A stretch of 63,286 bases of DNA, filler included, from Choristocarpus tenellus KU-1152 (Eukaryota; Protista; Phaeophyceae): the NCBI GenBank assembly GCA_964200185.2. It is 10 parts of 10 records of this genome, joined end to end, with 100 filler letters (N's around TTAATTAATTAA, not from the genome) between each part and the next. Parts side by side here need not be neighbours in the genome. Positions count along the whole stretch, not along the records: positions 1 to 4,562 come from CAXNAD020014002.1; positions 4,663 to 12,289 come from CAXNAD020005849.1; 8 more parts are not named here. The stretch is one strand, 5' to 3'. Positions 1 to 11,591 of this stretch are shown here, one piece after another. Positions within the stretch are counted from its first letter, which is position 1. Every line of letters starts with the position of its first letter. A program made the translations under genes and the position numbers. The notes under the pieces were generated by a model. That model searched no databases and had not been told where the DNA came from. It saw only the letters and a program-made list of their open reading frames with translations.

Positions 1-74
1 CCCCCCCAGATACTTTGGCCCCAGATAGATTAGTGTCTTTCACACTTACAGTGTTTTATAGTGTTTTTCACATT

Positions 75-545
75 TATGACATTATATTTCTTTAGGGCTT
101 ATACTGACATATAGTTTTCATTTGTTTCCCCCCTGACACATCTACAACATGTCAGAGCATAATCTGCATCTAGTGTATGTACTTGACGCTTTTGTTACTT
201 TACCCACTATCAATATTGTACTACTGCCTTCATGTGCTTCGCATTTACCTACTCCTGCGCCCCGGAGCTAGGGAGGCATCCCAAGAATCCAACAAACCCC
301 TCCGTGCCCATCTATCTCCCTGGTGACTCTAGTTTAAAGCGCATGACATGTCTAGACAGTGCCACTTGCGTAGTCACCAAGACAATTTGGCGTTTCTATT
401 TCATTTTAACTGCTTAACCAAACTGTTGAAAATGGCATGATAACATTTTATTTCTTTAGGGCTTATACTGACAATGTGTATAGTTTTCATTGGTTTCCTC
501 CCTGACACATCTGTAAAAATGTCAGAGGGCATAAAAATAAAGTAA
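75..545 (+). repeat. Dispersed hairpin-containing repeat (core CTGACACATCT...TGTCAGAG), two copies here
   Basis: ~75-160 and ~445-545 are near-duplicates. Further copies at ~5176-5250, ~6410-6475 and ~6565-6620. CTGACA/TGTCAG form an inverted pair. Confidence 0.75.
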
Positions 546-699
546 TCTTTGTTATATTTCTATGTTGTAATGATGGACCTCTATTTTTCGTTTTTTTATC
601 GGAGTAAACTTTCTTCTTTTCTTAATTTCGATGGGAGTGGTGTTCTTACCTTTTGTTACAAATAATATATTATACAAAAAAAAAACATATCGACACTTT

Positions 700-755
700 A
701 TCCCAGTCAATTTTGGGTCAAGCCCATCCTCAATTTTTGAAATCGACTGTTTTAT
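700..755. repeat. Dispersed repeat shared with 26873-26946 (reverse complement) and ~41530-41570
   Basis: ATCCCAGTCAATTTTGGGTCAAGCCCATCCTCAATTTTTGAAATCG matches the reverse complement of the end of contig 5. The CATCCTCAATTTTGAAAATC part recurs just upstream of the mariner relic at 41580. Confidence 0.7.
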
Positions 756-825
756 AAGGATACTGACAAGTGCAAAATCTGGATATTTTTACAAGTGCGT
801 GTAGGCTATAAATTGTGTCAGAAAG

Positions 826-1237
826 ATTCAGAGAATTAGAGAGGTTAGGGTCAAGTCCGTTGTTGGTCATAAATCCAATATTGCGATTTCGATTAATTTT
901 GCTATCGTATTTGTTAGCAAGTGTTAATATCCTTGCTCCGGACACACCTTCCATAGTCGTACTCCGAAACGTTTTGGAGTAGGTAACTGTGTTCACACAG
1001 AGAACCGATAAGGGGCATAAAAAAACGTGGGAAGACAAAGCCCCAAATGGACAAACAGGGCAAACCTCCTACCCTCTTAAATGGCTTGGGTCAAAATTCA
1101 ACCAACAAAGAAAAAAACACCATCAAGTCAAAATTAGAACTTCATCCCTAGAAATATGGGTGATTTGCAAAATATTGAAGAGCAGGCATAAAATGTCTAA
1201 CGACCATAACCTGGGCACCTCTCCTTTACTTTGGCTC
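826..1237. mobile_element. Non-autonomous TIR element (MITE), GAGTCAAAGTA-terminus family
   Basis: The left part aligns with 4484-4562 and, in reverse, with 27410-27640 and 31270-31515. The right part (CCCTAGAAATATGGGT...TACTTTGGCTC) aligns with 30140-30240 and 56450-56542. Confidence 0.65.
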
Positions 1238-3565
1238 AGATACCACGACTCCCCTTGTCAAGGTTCTTGATTGCATAGCGCATGTGCTTCCAGCACTCAT
1301 TCATTGACTGCACTAACGTGTGCTCCCTTTCGCACCACAGAAGTTACATCTACGTACTTCAACAACCCAAACCCCTCTCGAACATAGAGCAGAGTATTAA
1401 GTCTTGGTTGGGACTTAGGTCAGCAACTACTGCTGGAAAATTGGGAAAAATCAGTGTTCGAAATGAAAGTCTTAGGTCTATATAGCTGTTTCAAGGAATT
1501 TTTGTGGCAGTGAAAGAGTCAGGAAGGGGAGCAAGATAACTTGGCCTAGCTTGATCGTGACAAACGAGAGCCTTGACCTGTCGAGGGATATCGCTTCATT
1601 GCCTTACTGATTTGGGATCTTCTTTTGCGTTGCAAAACCTTCGGCTCTCGGACACAGTTGGGGCAATGGTTAGGTTCACTGGGACTGGCAAACAGATTCA
1701 TGAGTTCAACTTGTTGAAAATCTACAAAGAGAACAGATGGACTGTACCACGGAAACTGTAATGGGAGGGGGCTTGGGCTGTAGCACTGGAATCAGCTGAT
1801 CAAACTGGCATATTGTGTCCTGGGACATGATATTTTTGTTCTCACCATTGACATGACCCTGAAGATAATTGTGGGATATCGACGCAAGATACTTCTCGCT
1901 GAGAAGAGCAAGAGGATAAAACAGATGAGGTTGGTATGTTTTAGCCTCTCTACACAACTTGATCAACCTATGGAATTAGCAGTTCTTCCAAACACCCTCG
2001 CAACATTTAGGGCATCATGGTCGGCATCATTTCTTCCGTGTGTTTGTACACCTCAATTTTATACTCTTGCTCAAAAGTGTTTCCAACAATCTATCAAAAT
2101 TTAGCCTAACATCTTCTCGGTTATTACTGTATATGAGTATGCTCATAGCTTAGTGGGCAAAGGAAAACAACTTTCCCTCTTAGTTAGAAATTTGCAGGTT
2201 CAGATCCACTTGTAAAGTATCAGACTTCTTTTCAGGTTGAGAGGATACTTTACGTTGAATAAAATCTGTTTGTCCAGGATCTATAGTCCTTGTGGTGAGC
2301 ACCACAGGTCCATGCCATGATCCATGCTTTTTTTATGCCTCCACTTCACAGGATGTACTATAAGTTCACACTACATCCTCATATTTTCTAAACTGTAACG
2401 GGGCAGGTCCCATTTTGGATCTCCTGGACATTTGATGCGCCAAACCTCATGCAGACATGTGATGTGGTGTGGGCTACACTCACACCTGTCTCGTGGTGAC
2501 CCTGACAGGATGCGCGGAGTCAGCCAGTGAATCTGGGGATTGCGTTCTGTTCTGATTGGATGCAGCCAATCGCAGCACTGGTTATTGAGGAACATTCTGC
2601 TCAACCCTCGCTCACCCTGCCTCAAAAACCCTCTCTCACACTTCTCTCCTAAACCTCATCTCTAGAGGTTCTCATCAACCTACATCACACAGAACCAGGC
2701 CACACTGCCCGTTATCAATGCTTTGACTTGCGCGTTATATACCTTCTTACTTGGTGCAAAAATGATCAATCGGTCTGCCATGTGCCATGAAAACAGATGA
2801 AAGAAATAGAAAATGGCTACCTTAATAGGGGACTGAGTTCATCCAGCGGGTGTGACTCCCACATGCATGGCAATGTACCTTTCTTTGTGTGGGAGGTGTG
2901 TGTGTTTTGAAACGGTTGGTTGGGGTCATAGGCTTACAATGTGAAATGTTTGATTAAGCAGGTTGAAATTGTAGTTAACAGTTTGATCAGATAAAAAGTT
3001 TGTGCTGTTGGATTGGCGTATGTGGTAGCCATCTTCCATGTAATCTTCGGGGCAGGGTAGTTGATGTGACCCTGTAGATGTTCACCACCTGAGAGTGTTC
3101 AAGAGGTTGATTGCAGTAAGAGATGAATGACACTCCGGAAGTTCCTCACGAAATGATTGAATCATTGGTTCACCGGGGTGAGGTGGAAGCGGGGGAGACT
3201 TCCGTCGTCACTGAAGTTGTTACCGAGGGAGGGGAGAATGCAAGGGCGAAGCAAACACACACTGGGAAAGATCACAATCATTATCAATACTGAGAAATCA
3301 TGACTTGATTAGAGGCGTGTGTGTACAAGAAGAGAGAATAAACTCCAACTTTACAAATAGTTTCCCTATTTTTGTAATAATGGAGAACGAATCATGGGGT
3401 ACTCTTATGCGTAGCTATTATGTGTAGTTTTGGTGTGACCTATCAAGACCTGGACGTACGTCAAGATACAACTTTTTGCATGATACTCGACAGTATTGAT
3501 AACTTCATGAATACAAATGACAGCGTTTCTTAATGGGGTGGATATCATTCTGAGACAAAACAATA

Positions 3566-3638
3566 CACCGAAGGTGGGGCTCGAACCCACGACCATACGA
3601 TTAAGAGTCGTACGCTCTACCGACTGAGCTACCCCGGC
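3566..3638 (-). tRNA. tRNA-Lys (anticodon CTT)
   Basis: Reverse complement GCCGGGGTAGCTCAGTCGGTAGAGCGTACGACTCTTAATCGTATGGTCGTGGGTTCGAGCCCCACCTTCGGTG folds as a 73-nt cloverleaf: D stem GCTC/GAGC, anticodon stem TACGA/TCGTA, T loop TTCGAGC. A T-run follows downstream. Confidence 0.96.
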
Positions 3639-4483
3639 ATGAATATTTATCGTCACGTTTAGATATGAATTTTCACTATTTTCAAAGGTGGAGTACCCAT
3701 GTCAACTATCGCAATATTGAGGACATGTATAACAACCAAAGATGCCTCCTGCGGTGAGCTCTACCCATTCTATTTCATCGCTTTCAAGTCATGATCAAGA
3801 TCAGTGATGTTAGATAACACCCAACCTCCCAACAGAATGGAATCAACCTGTCCATGCAGAGAGAATAATACTAGAACGAGTCTGGTTTTTGGCGTCACTT
3901 TTGTCTATTCTGATTCCGTACAGAAAAAATACCAGAACATTCATTATATACTCCTATAGGGCGTAGACATCCGCACTAACCAAGCACATCAGCATGACAT
4001 ATTTATTTATCTTGCTGATATCATCTGACCTGACACCTGACAAAAACCCTTTATCACAATATCAATATTACTGGTCGCTAATAAACTCAATTCAAGGTAC
4101 TCCAGTAGATAAAAGGAACCTCCGATAACAGGAAAATTAAGTGGATGCTTATTATTCGGAGAACAGCCCAGGTCTCACACAGTGCTTGTTGAAATCTTGG
4201 ATTGAATGAAGTAGAAATCTTGGATTGAATGAAGTAGTGTACTGTGGTATAGATTGACAAAGTGTGGCATCATCAGATGAGGTGCTCTTTGTAGAGGATT
4301 CGAGTCGGGGAAAAGCGAAAAGCACTGATGAATTCCAATGTGATGAGTCAAGTGATGTGCTCTGCGAAGAGGCTTGGTTGATTAGATGCAATGAGGTATT
4401 AATCAGTGCTGTTGTGATGATTGCGATGACATGCTCTGAGTAGAAACTTGTTACCTTATTGTGAAAGGTTGTAGATGTATTCA

Positions 4484-4562
4484 GAGTCAAAGTATCTTAG
4501 AGGGTAGAGTCGCGTCCATTTAGTGGCCAAAATCCAATATTGCGATTCTGATGTAATTTTGG
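4484..4562. mobile_element. MITE end (GAGTCAAAGTATCTTAGAGGGT...), truncated by contig end
   Basis: Reverse complement of the ends at ~27630-27640 and ~31495-31515 (ACCCTCTAAGATACTTTGACTC). Confidence 0.7.
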
Positions 4563-4662
4563 NNNNNNNNNNNNNNNNNNNNNNNNNNNNNNNNNNNNNN
4601 NNNNNNTTAATTAATTAANNNNNNNNNNNNNNNNNNNNNNNNNNNNNNNNNNNNNNNNNNNN
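4563..4662. other. Artificial contig linker (N44-TTAATTAATTAA-N44), first of nine
   Basis: Identical 100-bp spacers at 4563-4662, 12290-12389, 16480-16579, 20994-21093, 26947-27046, 31799-31898, 41368-41467, 47082-47181 and 51807-51906. The core has stops in all six frames. There is also a 10-N gap at 53021-53030. Confidence 0.98.
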
Positions 4663-5022
4663 GCAGGGAAGACTGAGGGGTGGTAGATTAGGCTTGTGAC
4701 GCAGCCAGCTAAATCCCCCGACCTCAATATCATGGACCTGTGCTTCTTCAGGTCTTTGAAATGCCAGGTGATGGGGGAGAGGTTTGGGTCCGTCAAGGAG
4801 ATGGTGAAGGTCATCAAGAGACAGTATGAGGAGTATGATGAAACCACACTGGAGAGGGCTTGGCAGCTCCCTTTTGTAGTGTTCAATCAAGTACTTGGAT
4901 ACAAAAGGGAGAGTGACTTCAGCGTGGAGCACAAAGGGTTAAGGAAGAGGCAATTGTCTGGTGAAGTTGAAAACACGCCGAAGGTAGATATGGAGGCTTT
5001 TCTGTGGTTGATAAAATTGTGA
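4663..5022 (+). mobile_element. Tc1/mariner (plant/oomycete-type DD37-39D-like) transposase C-terminal fragment, degenerate
   Basis: TQPAKSPDLNIMDLCFFRSLK matches the QPxNSPDLNxLDLGFF motif around the third catalytic Asp, followed by the typical C-terminal helices. In-frame stop just upstream; cut by contig start. Confidence 0.9.
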
Positions 5023-5559
5023 TGGATGAGGAGTAATATAATAGTAAAAAGAGCTGAGCCTAACTAGATAAATTCGTCAAGAATTCCAAATCTTTCAGAA
5101 ATGAATTTAATCATCTTAAAAAGATATGGACAACGCAATGAATACTTACGCCACAAAGGTGTATTATTTTATTGGGTGACATTACTCTAGTTTTCATTGG
5201 TTTTTCTCCTGACACATCTATAAAATGTCAGAGGGCATAATAATAAAATATTAATTGGATTGAGAACTATGAACCAAAATATTTAATATTTTTCTGGTTA
5301 TCGGAAGAAATGAAGTATCATACGCCAGGATCAGAAGGAGGGCACAACACGAGATCGCCCGCCTCCTAAACAGGATCCGTTTCGACCCTTTCCGGACGCA
5401 ATTGGTCGACCTACCTGATGATACAGAACAAGGGAAGGAAAGTTCCTTGCTAGCCCTGTCCTACCTCCAGAGTCAGTGTGGACAAGGGGAAAATTTATGA
5501 GCCTCCATACAACCCCTGGAAGCAGCATGCTAGATCCCTCCAATATAGTTTAGACTCCC

Positions 5560-6315
5560 CATCAGCAGATCCCCAGGGAGGGAGGAGGCCTTATCCAATA
5601 GGCGCCCTGCGGCTGGGTCCAGGAGACAAAACGTGGGCACTAGACATGCTCGTACCTGCCCTAGGGCTGTAGGACAGGTCTGCCAACACACACCAATGGT
5701 GAAACGTCTAGGTCAACTCTGCAAAGGAATGGGCATCCCTTCCACCATGGAGGATGGTAGCCCATTCACATTGGACCGCAATTTCCTTATGGAGCTGGTC
5801 TTCCATGCTGGGGCACTCGTGGATGCTGGATCAGCCCTCTGCCAGGATACAGGCCTACTTCTAGATGTCACATTTCCAGAGGTGCAAGCAGCCTCCCATC
5901 TGTCACACTCATCCACCAGCATTGGTGTTGCTGCTGCAGCAGCTGAAGTGCGAAAGTTCACCCTCTACGAGGGTCAAAGAACCCTCGTAGTTTTATCTTC
6001 AACACCTCCGCGGTGGAAATTTCTGGGAGGCTCGGTAAGCAACCAGAAAGTTTTCTGGATGAGTTGGCTACGCATGGGGTAGGGGGGAGAGGGACGGAAG
6101 CATACAGCAGGAAAGGAGTTGTCAAATCCCGTTTACGACAGATAGTGGCCGGTACAATACAAGTGGCTCTATCAAGAGGTGTCATATATTTTAAGCTGGA
6201 GACACCAGGGAGATGGGCAAGGCCTGTCAGATTCTTGAGATGCTTCCCTACCTTTTCGCCCTGTTGTGGTGTAAGGGCTAAGCTAGGTTGGTGGGTAGAG
6301 GGGGGAGTGGTGTAG
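5560..6315 (+). mobile_element. Non-LTR retrotransposon 3' fragment with zinc-knuckle remnant and restriction-like endonuclease (CRE-like), frameshifted
   Basis: ORF 5633 gives HARTC...H...LLLDVT...AAAAAEVRKFTLY. ORF 6013, in another frame, continues E-ISGRLGKQPESFLDELA...RLRQIV...Q. This is the motif order of RLE-type LINE C-termini (HxxxC, DVT, KxxxY, ExxGxxG). Confidence 0.7.
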
Positions 6316-7125
6316 CATAGTTGGTAGTAAAATAGTAAATCGATTTTGGAGATACCTTTCACATTTACGACAAATGTTACTTTTTCAGGGGTTGTTCTGA
6401 TATTTATTAAATTGGCTTTTCATCCGTTTTTCCGCTGACACATCTGGAAAATGTCCGAGGGTACAACAATACATGAAGAAATGAGGTGTTGTTAAGGAGT
6501 TGAGGGAGTTTAACCTCAAAATCGTTCAAGGTAAGATTTCTCCTTTTCTACCAATCTACAATAACATCGCTTTTCTCCCTAACACATCTAAAAAATGTTA
6601 GAGGCCATAATAATATATATATAATAAGGTATGGATTTCTCCATAAGAAATCGAGAAAATTGATGGATAATTGAGTGTATGTGGGGGTATCTATAGTATT
6701 AACGACCAACGTACATACTAAGACAGGTGAGTCATTTTTCCGATAACCCTCAATGAATAAATAAAGTCACAGAATAATACAAGTTTTGTCAGAGTTGAAC
6801 CTACGATTCCAATTTTGACAACATTATCAAAAAGATATTGTAAATACTTACCGTTGAGATTTGAACATACCATTCACTATTAATTAGAGATGCACGGATA
6901 CATTGATCCGACATGGGATGTGGCATTCGTTCATGTCTCTTCAGTAAGTGATCGTGTTGAAGATATGCAGTTAGTAGTAGTGTGTCGCGTACAATGTAAC
7001 GTTTCGGGCTACCTTCAGTAGCGATTCATTTTGTTGAAGGGTTAACCTGTTGGTAGTGTCCCTCAACCAGGCATCCCGTCCTTCTGAGCTAATCCATAGT
7101 GCACCAGGCTGGGTCCAACCACGTC

Positions 7126-10100
7126 ATGGAAAATACATGCAAGCATCAAGTTGATACCCAGATAGGAGAGGCTGAGGGTGGAAAAGGAAACCTCTACTTG
7201 CTTGGGTCATCTTCTCCAACAGTTGGACGACTGAACAATGTCATAGGGGGCCTGCTCAGCGCTCGACATTCGTGGGGAGAGTGTGCCTACGAACCTTTCC
7301 ATAGTGAGGAGAAAAATTATCGAATAGGAGGGCAACAACCGATTAGCGAACACCATGAGTTGACATCAGACAATAACCCTGGCAAGGTCGCTGACACTCG
7401 AGCCTCCAGGGAACCACCGTCAGTGCCATTAATGGACATGGAGAATGGTCCTGAAACGTTCTGTACCGTTTCAGCAGCAGACAGTGCCAATGACCCCATC
7501 TACACTTTGGCCCTCACTCTGTCACGGGTGTACAAAAATTGTTGGTGGGGGTCGTTGGGTCGATGGCTGTGGGCAGTCTTCAGAACCTTCATCATAACCA
7601 TCGGTGTTGCAGTGGCTACGATGGTCTTCATCTGGTCGCTCTTCCCACTGAACACCTCATGTGGCTACCATACTCGCAAACGTGTTACCAACACTGCGCC
7701 AGCTGAGGGAAACTCAACTTTGAGGATCAACCAACTTCAGGTAGGTACGAAGAATGCTTTGTTTGGCTGTATCTGGAGAAAATAGGGGATAGGAAGAGTG
7801 GCACCTATAGAGAGCCACCAGAAGCAAGGTCCAATTCTGTCGCTGATAACACTAACTCGTTTCAGAACCCATTTGACCACTTCCCTTTCCATACCCCAAT
7901 AGGTTATGGGAACCCATAATTCGTACCACCTAAGTGCTCCACTCGGGCCTGATGTGTGGATGTACCAGTTCCCGTCCCTCACGACACAGCTGGACCAAGG
8001 CATACGGCACCTAGAACTAGATGTCCACTATGACTTCAAGACAGGCAGGTCTGTACTACCACTCGTCTGCGCACCCGTTTCTACTTGTAAAGCTTGTTGA
8101 AATAATGTGTTCAGGAGTGATGATCTGTCCAGTCAGTCCCCCGTCATTCATCCTACTGTCACTAGTCCTGAATTGCCCGATTGAAGTTTGTCCATGGGTT
8201 TTCTCTGGTTCAGTATTGCTTGGAGAACTTATACTCTAAAGTTGTATGCGACTGCCAAGTGTGCGCGCCTCCTGTTATACTTTCCGTACGCATAGCTGAT
8301 GTTTGTTCAAGTATACTTGGCCGTGTGAAACACGAAACTTGGAGCTCGTATTACGCACCGATATGACTTTCCGATATTCTGAACTTCAGCATATCTTGCA
8401 TCTAGCCCACTGGCTTTGAAGCAAGGGAGAACATTACATGTAGAGGAGACAGAAGCCAACTTCAGATTAGATGATACTACAAACCCATCTGGTCCGAGTT
8501 AAATTTTAAGGTCTGCAATCATTGTATAGGCACGTACATAATTGAACTCTACACTACCTACGGAAGTGCCATTTACCTCCAGGGCACCCCCATGTGGACA
8601 GTTTATCGAGAGGGGTTGATTTATCACTCTCAGATCTGTATGGCAGGTTAGTTACACCATATCGATCTGATCGTCCAAGCTTGAGGGTCACTGGACTCAA
8701 GAAACTGTCCCAAAACAAGGAAATCAGTGACCTCCCCCCTGCTTGGTTAGGTACATTTTCTCTTCAATGGTTAGCACAACCAATGTCATAACCCTAACCA
8801 ATGTCATACTTCGATTGGGGGTTGACATTGTAAGTTAACACCCAAGCCTGAGGGTGACCGGACTGATCGTTCTCAAGGGGGCATCCAAAAACACAATGGG
8901 GGGTGCCTCAGAGGCTCTTAGTTTGAGCATTGCACGGTCCTCGATGATTCACGATCACTTTTTTGTGTCTCAGTTAGGGAAATTTACAAGCTAGTTTGCG
9001 CAGTACTCTGTACAGTACGGAGTTTTGATGTGCCTGTCCTCTTAGAGACAGTGAGGCAACTGGAACATGATTCAGATGTGGCGGCCACTACTACCACCAT
9101 GCCATTATAGTAAAGGCTTAGGGTAGCTACTATAGAGGGAGGGATACCCACCATGTATCCCAGGGGATTAAGGGTGGCAAAGGTATCACTTTCAAGTATG
9201 GTTGCCCTGTTTTTGTCATGTGAATAAGTTTCCTCCAAGCATGCATTGCCCTCTGACCATTGTTTGAAGTCATGGACTCAGCACATTGCCCTTTGTCACC
9301 TTCCTGCTATATATGAACGTGTCATGCACCCTCCATGCCCCTCCCCCCCCTCCTGACTCCTGAGCTCTAACTTGTCCCTTTTTTTTCACATTTGTTAACA
9401 TGCTCGCGTTGTGTGTTCACGTGGGTGCTGACTGCCCACCGTCCGACTCAGGTGGTTTGTCTACCACTTGTCTATCATTGACAGCCATTCGTTGTGCAAC
9501 TGTCTCTCTTCATGCCTCAAGGAGATTCGAGACTGGAGTGACGCTAACCCCACCCATCACATCTTGTTCATTGAGCTGGAGATCAAGATCATTGGTGACT
9601 TCTTGAAGGTCGACTTCTGTTGGGGTTTTTTGTAGGGAAAAGTTTGCGGTGGCCTTTGACTGATCGCTGAATGTCAGCAGCTGTAGATAGGAAGAGGACA
9701 CTTCCACACTTCCACAATGTTACCATGTAGCCTGATATATATGTATGTATATATATTAATTGCAACAAATCATTGCTCAAGTGTGTCTTACAAGGCACAA
9801 ATACACCCTTTCAGAGTCGGTGCATTTTTTGGCCTCTCTTGTTCTCTATCTAACTGGGCCCTAGCCCCAGCACTGACGATGGACTATTTCGAATTGTGCT
9901 GTAGTAGTAAGCTTCAATGTACTTGTATTTTTGTCCATATTTCTCCCATTCCCGGCACTGTCACGAATTGACTTGGACACACATCCCTTGGGTACATTTT
10001 TCCTCTTCACATTCCCTCAAAGTTGCTGTTAACCATTTTGGTCTGGTCACCTGCGTTGAAATATTTCAGTGTCTTACTGCCCCCATCATTGCTCTCTGCA

Positions 10101-11591
10101 TCTTGATCTGCAATGCCTTGCCTGCCCAGGCACGTCTTACTGCCCAGGCACGAGTAGATGTGTCTGTGTAGCCCTTCCAACTCTGCTCCCAATTATGCCC
10201 TTGCAATTTGTTCATGTCAAGATTGCTGAGATAGACAGCATGGTCTTAAAGAGAACCATTAACCCCTGGTTTTGTGTCCATTATGCTTCAGTAGAACGGG
10301 TTAGAGTGGGCCGGGGTTAGCACTTCGAAGTATCAACCTAACGCTAACCCTAAGCCCCCTACCCCCTCCACCTCGCCTACAATTATTGTTTTTGTTTTAC
10401 ATCTACAGTAGTATGTTATCTTTTCGAGATATCACATTCCCCTCTCCTTGCTGTCTATACCCCCTTGCTTTCCCCCGACAGCCGGGTCCATCTGTGGTTG
10501 ATCTCGAGAAATTTCCCCTGAAACGGCAGAGTCAGTAATTTTGCAGGAACAAGTGTGCTCACGACGCTGATTGCGTGGATCGTAGTCTCATCAACAACCT
10601 TAACGCTGTTTTTGTTCATCCCACACCAAGAGAATCTGCCCTCACACCTCTCCACTCACAATCACGCCCCTCACTCACGCCCTCACAGTCCAGTACTGGC
10701 AGACACAAGCAGGTGTTCGCAACGCAAGAGCGCCCCATTATCTAACCCTAACCCTAACCCTAACCCCAAGCAAGAAACGAACACGATTATAGAGTAGGTG
10801 CCCTAAGAGCATCACACACAAGTCATCTCACCGATCCCATCGCCACCGACTCCGCCACTACTGTTCCACGACTCACTCACGTGCAATGTAGAATGTTCGC
10901 AACAACCCTAACCCTTATGTGCGAAAACGCCTTTGCTTGCCGCGTTCAAACCAGATCTGCCAGCTTGGCACCGGCTCCATCGACAAACCCGCCTTCCGGC
11001 GCCTTCAAGACGAGGTCCTGAGTCAATTTCCACGGGGACACATCATGGCCCCATCGGAGGTGCGTCAGGGTGACCTGTCCCTCTCCGATTCTGTCAGGGG
11101 CGAAGGGGGCTTCTGGCCCTTGGTCGACGACACTCGGGGCATGGTCGTATTCGTTCTCGACATCTACACCCGGAACTTGGGCTGTCGAGATTCCCTGCGC
11201 CAGGTTTCTCGTGTTTTGAAATGGTATTTAAGAAAAAAAAGAAAGAAAGAAAAAAAGAAAGAAAGAGGGGAATCGGAAGGGTCAGGGTTAGGGATTGATT
11301 GCAGGTAGTGAAACTGTTCTCCGCAGTGTTAGGGTTAGGGTTAGGGTTAGGGTTACAGGAGAGCTCTTGTGTCGCACGCTAACCTCACTCAGCCCCCTTG
11401 GCCTTGTTCCGTGGTCCCCTCTCTGCTTTTTTTTTTTTTGTTCCCAGGCTCTTCCAATTTGGGACTCTATTTTTTTTGAGCGCACTCCTGTTGAGGAGGC
11501 GTGGGACTCTCCGTATTCGGCCTTTGCTGAGACTCACCCCGGTGCCAGCCATCTGACCAGCGCACTGGTTGACCTTGGGCTTATCGTCAGG
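7126..11591 (+). CDS. Phosphoinositide-specific phospholipase C, bacterial Ca2+-dependent SaPLC1-like family, with N-terminal TM segment (3'-incomplete)
   Basis: Exons 7126-7740, 7903-8048, 9452-9608, 10955-11203 and 11448-11591 splice in frame with GT-AG. Motifs: LRINQLQVMGTHNSYH, QLDQGIRHLELDVHYD, VYH...CLKEIRDWSDANPTHH...ELEIK, WPLVDDTRGMVVFVLD, LVDLGLIVR. The exon 3 donor is the least certain. Confidence 0.85.
10742..10767 (-). repeat. Interstitial telomeric repeat (CCCTAA)4 in intron
   Basis: CTAACCCTAACCCTAACCCTAACCC; a shorter copy is at 10904-10915. Confidence 0.9.
11329..11355 (+). repeat. Interstitial telomeric repeat (TTAGGG)4 in intron
   Basis: TTAGGGTTAGGGTTAGGGTTAGGGTTA; a shorter copy is at 11279-11293. 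Confidence 0.9.

Noticed and set aside
1560-2640. Protein-like minus-strand stretches, possible decayed transposase
   Set aside because: Many stops and no motif I can assign with confidence.
3405-3656. 83-aa ORF
   Set aside because: Overlaps the tRNA-Lys gene; its AGVAQSVER segment is the tRNA sequence translated.
4607-4618. Recurrent TTAATTAATTAA palindrome between N-runs
   Set aside because: Identical 100-bp construct nine times; an artificial concatenation linker. Adjacency across it carries no biological meaning.
6790-6875. B-box-like motifs suggesting tRNA/SINE remnants
   Set aside because: No cloverleaf or matching A box.
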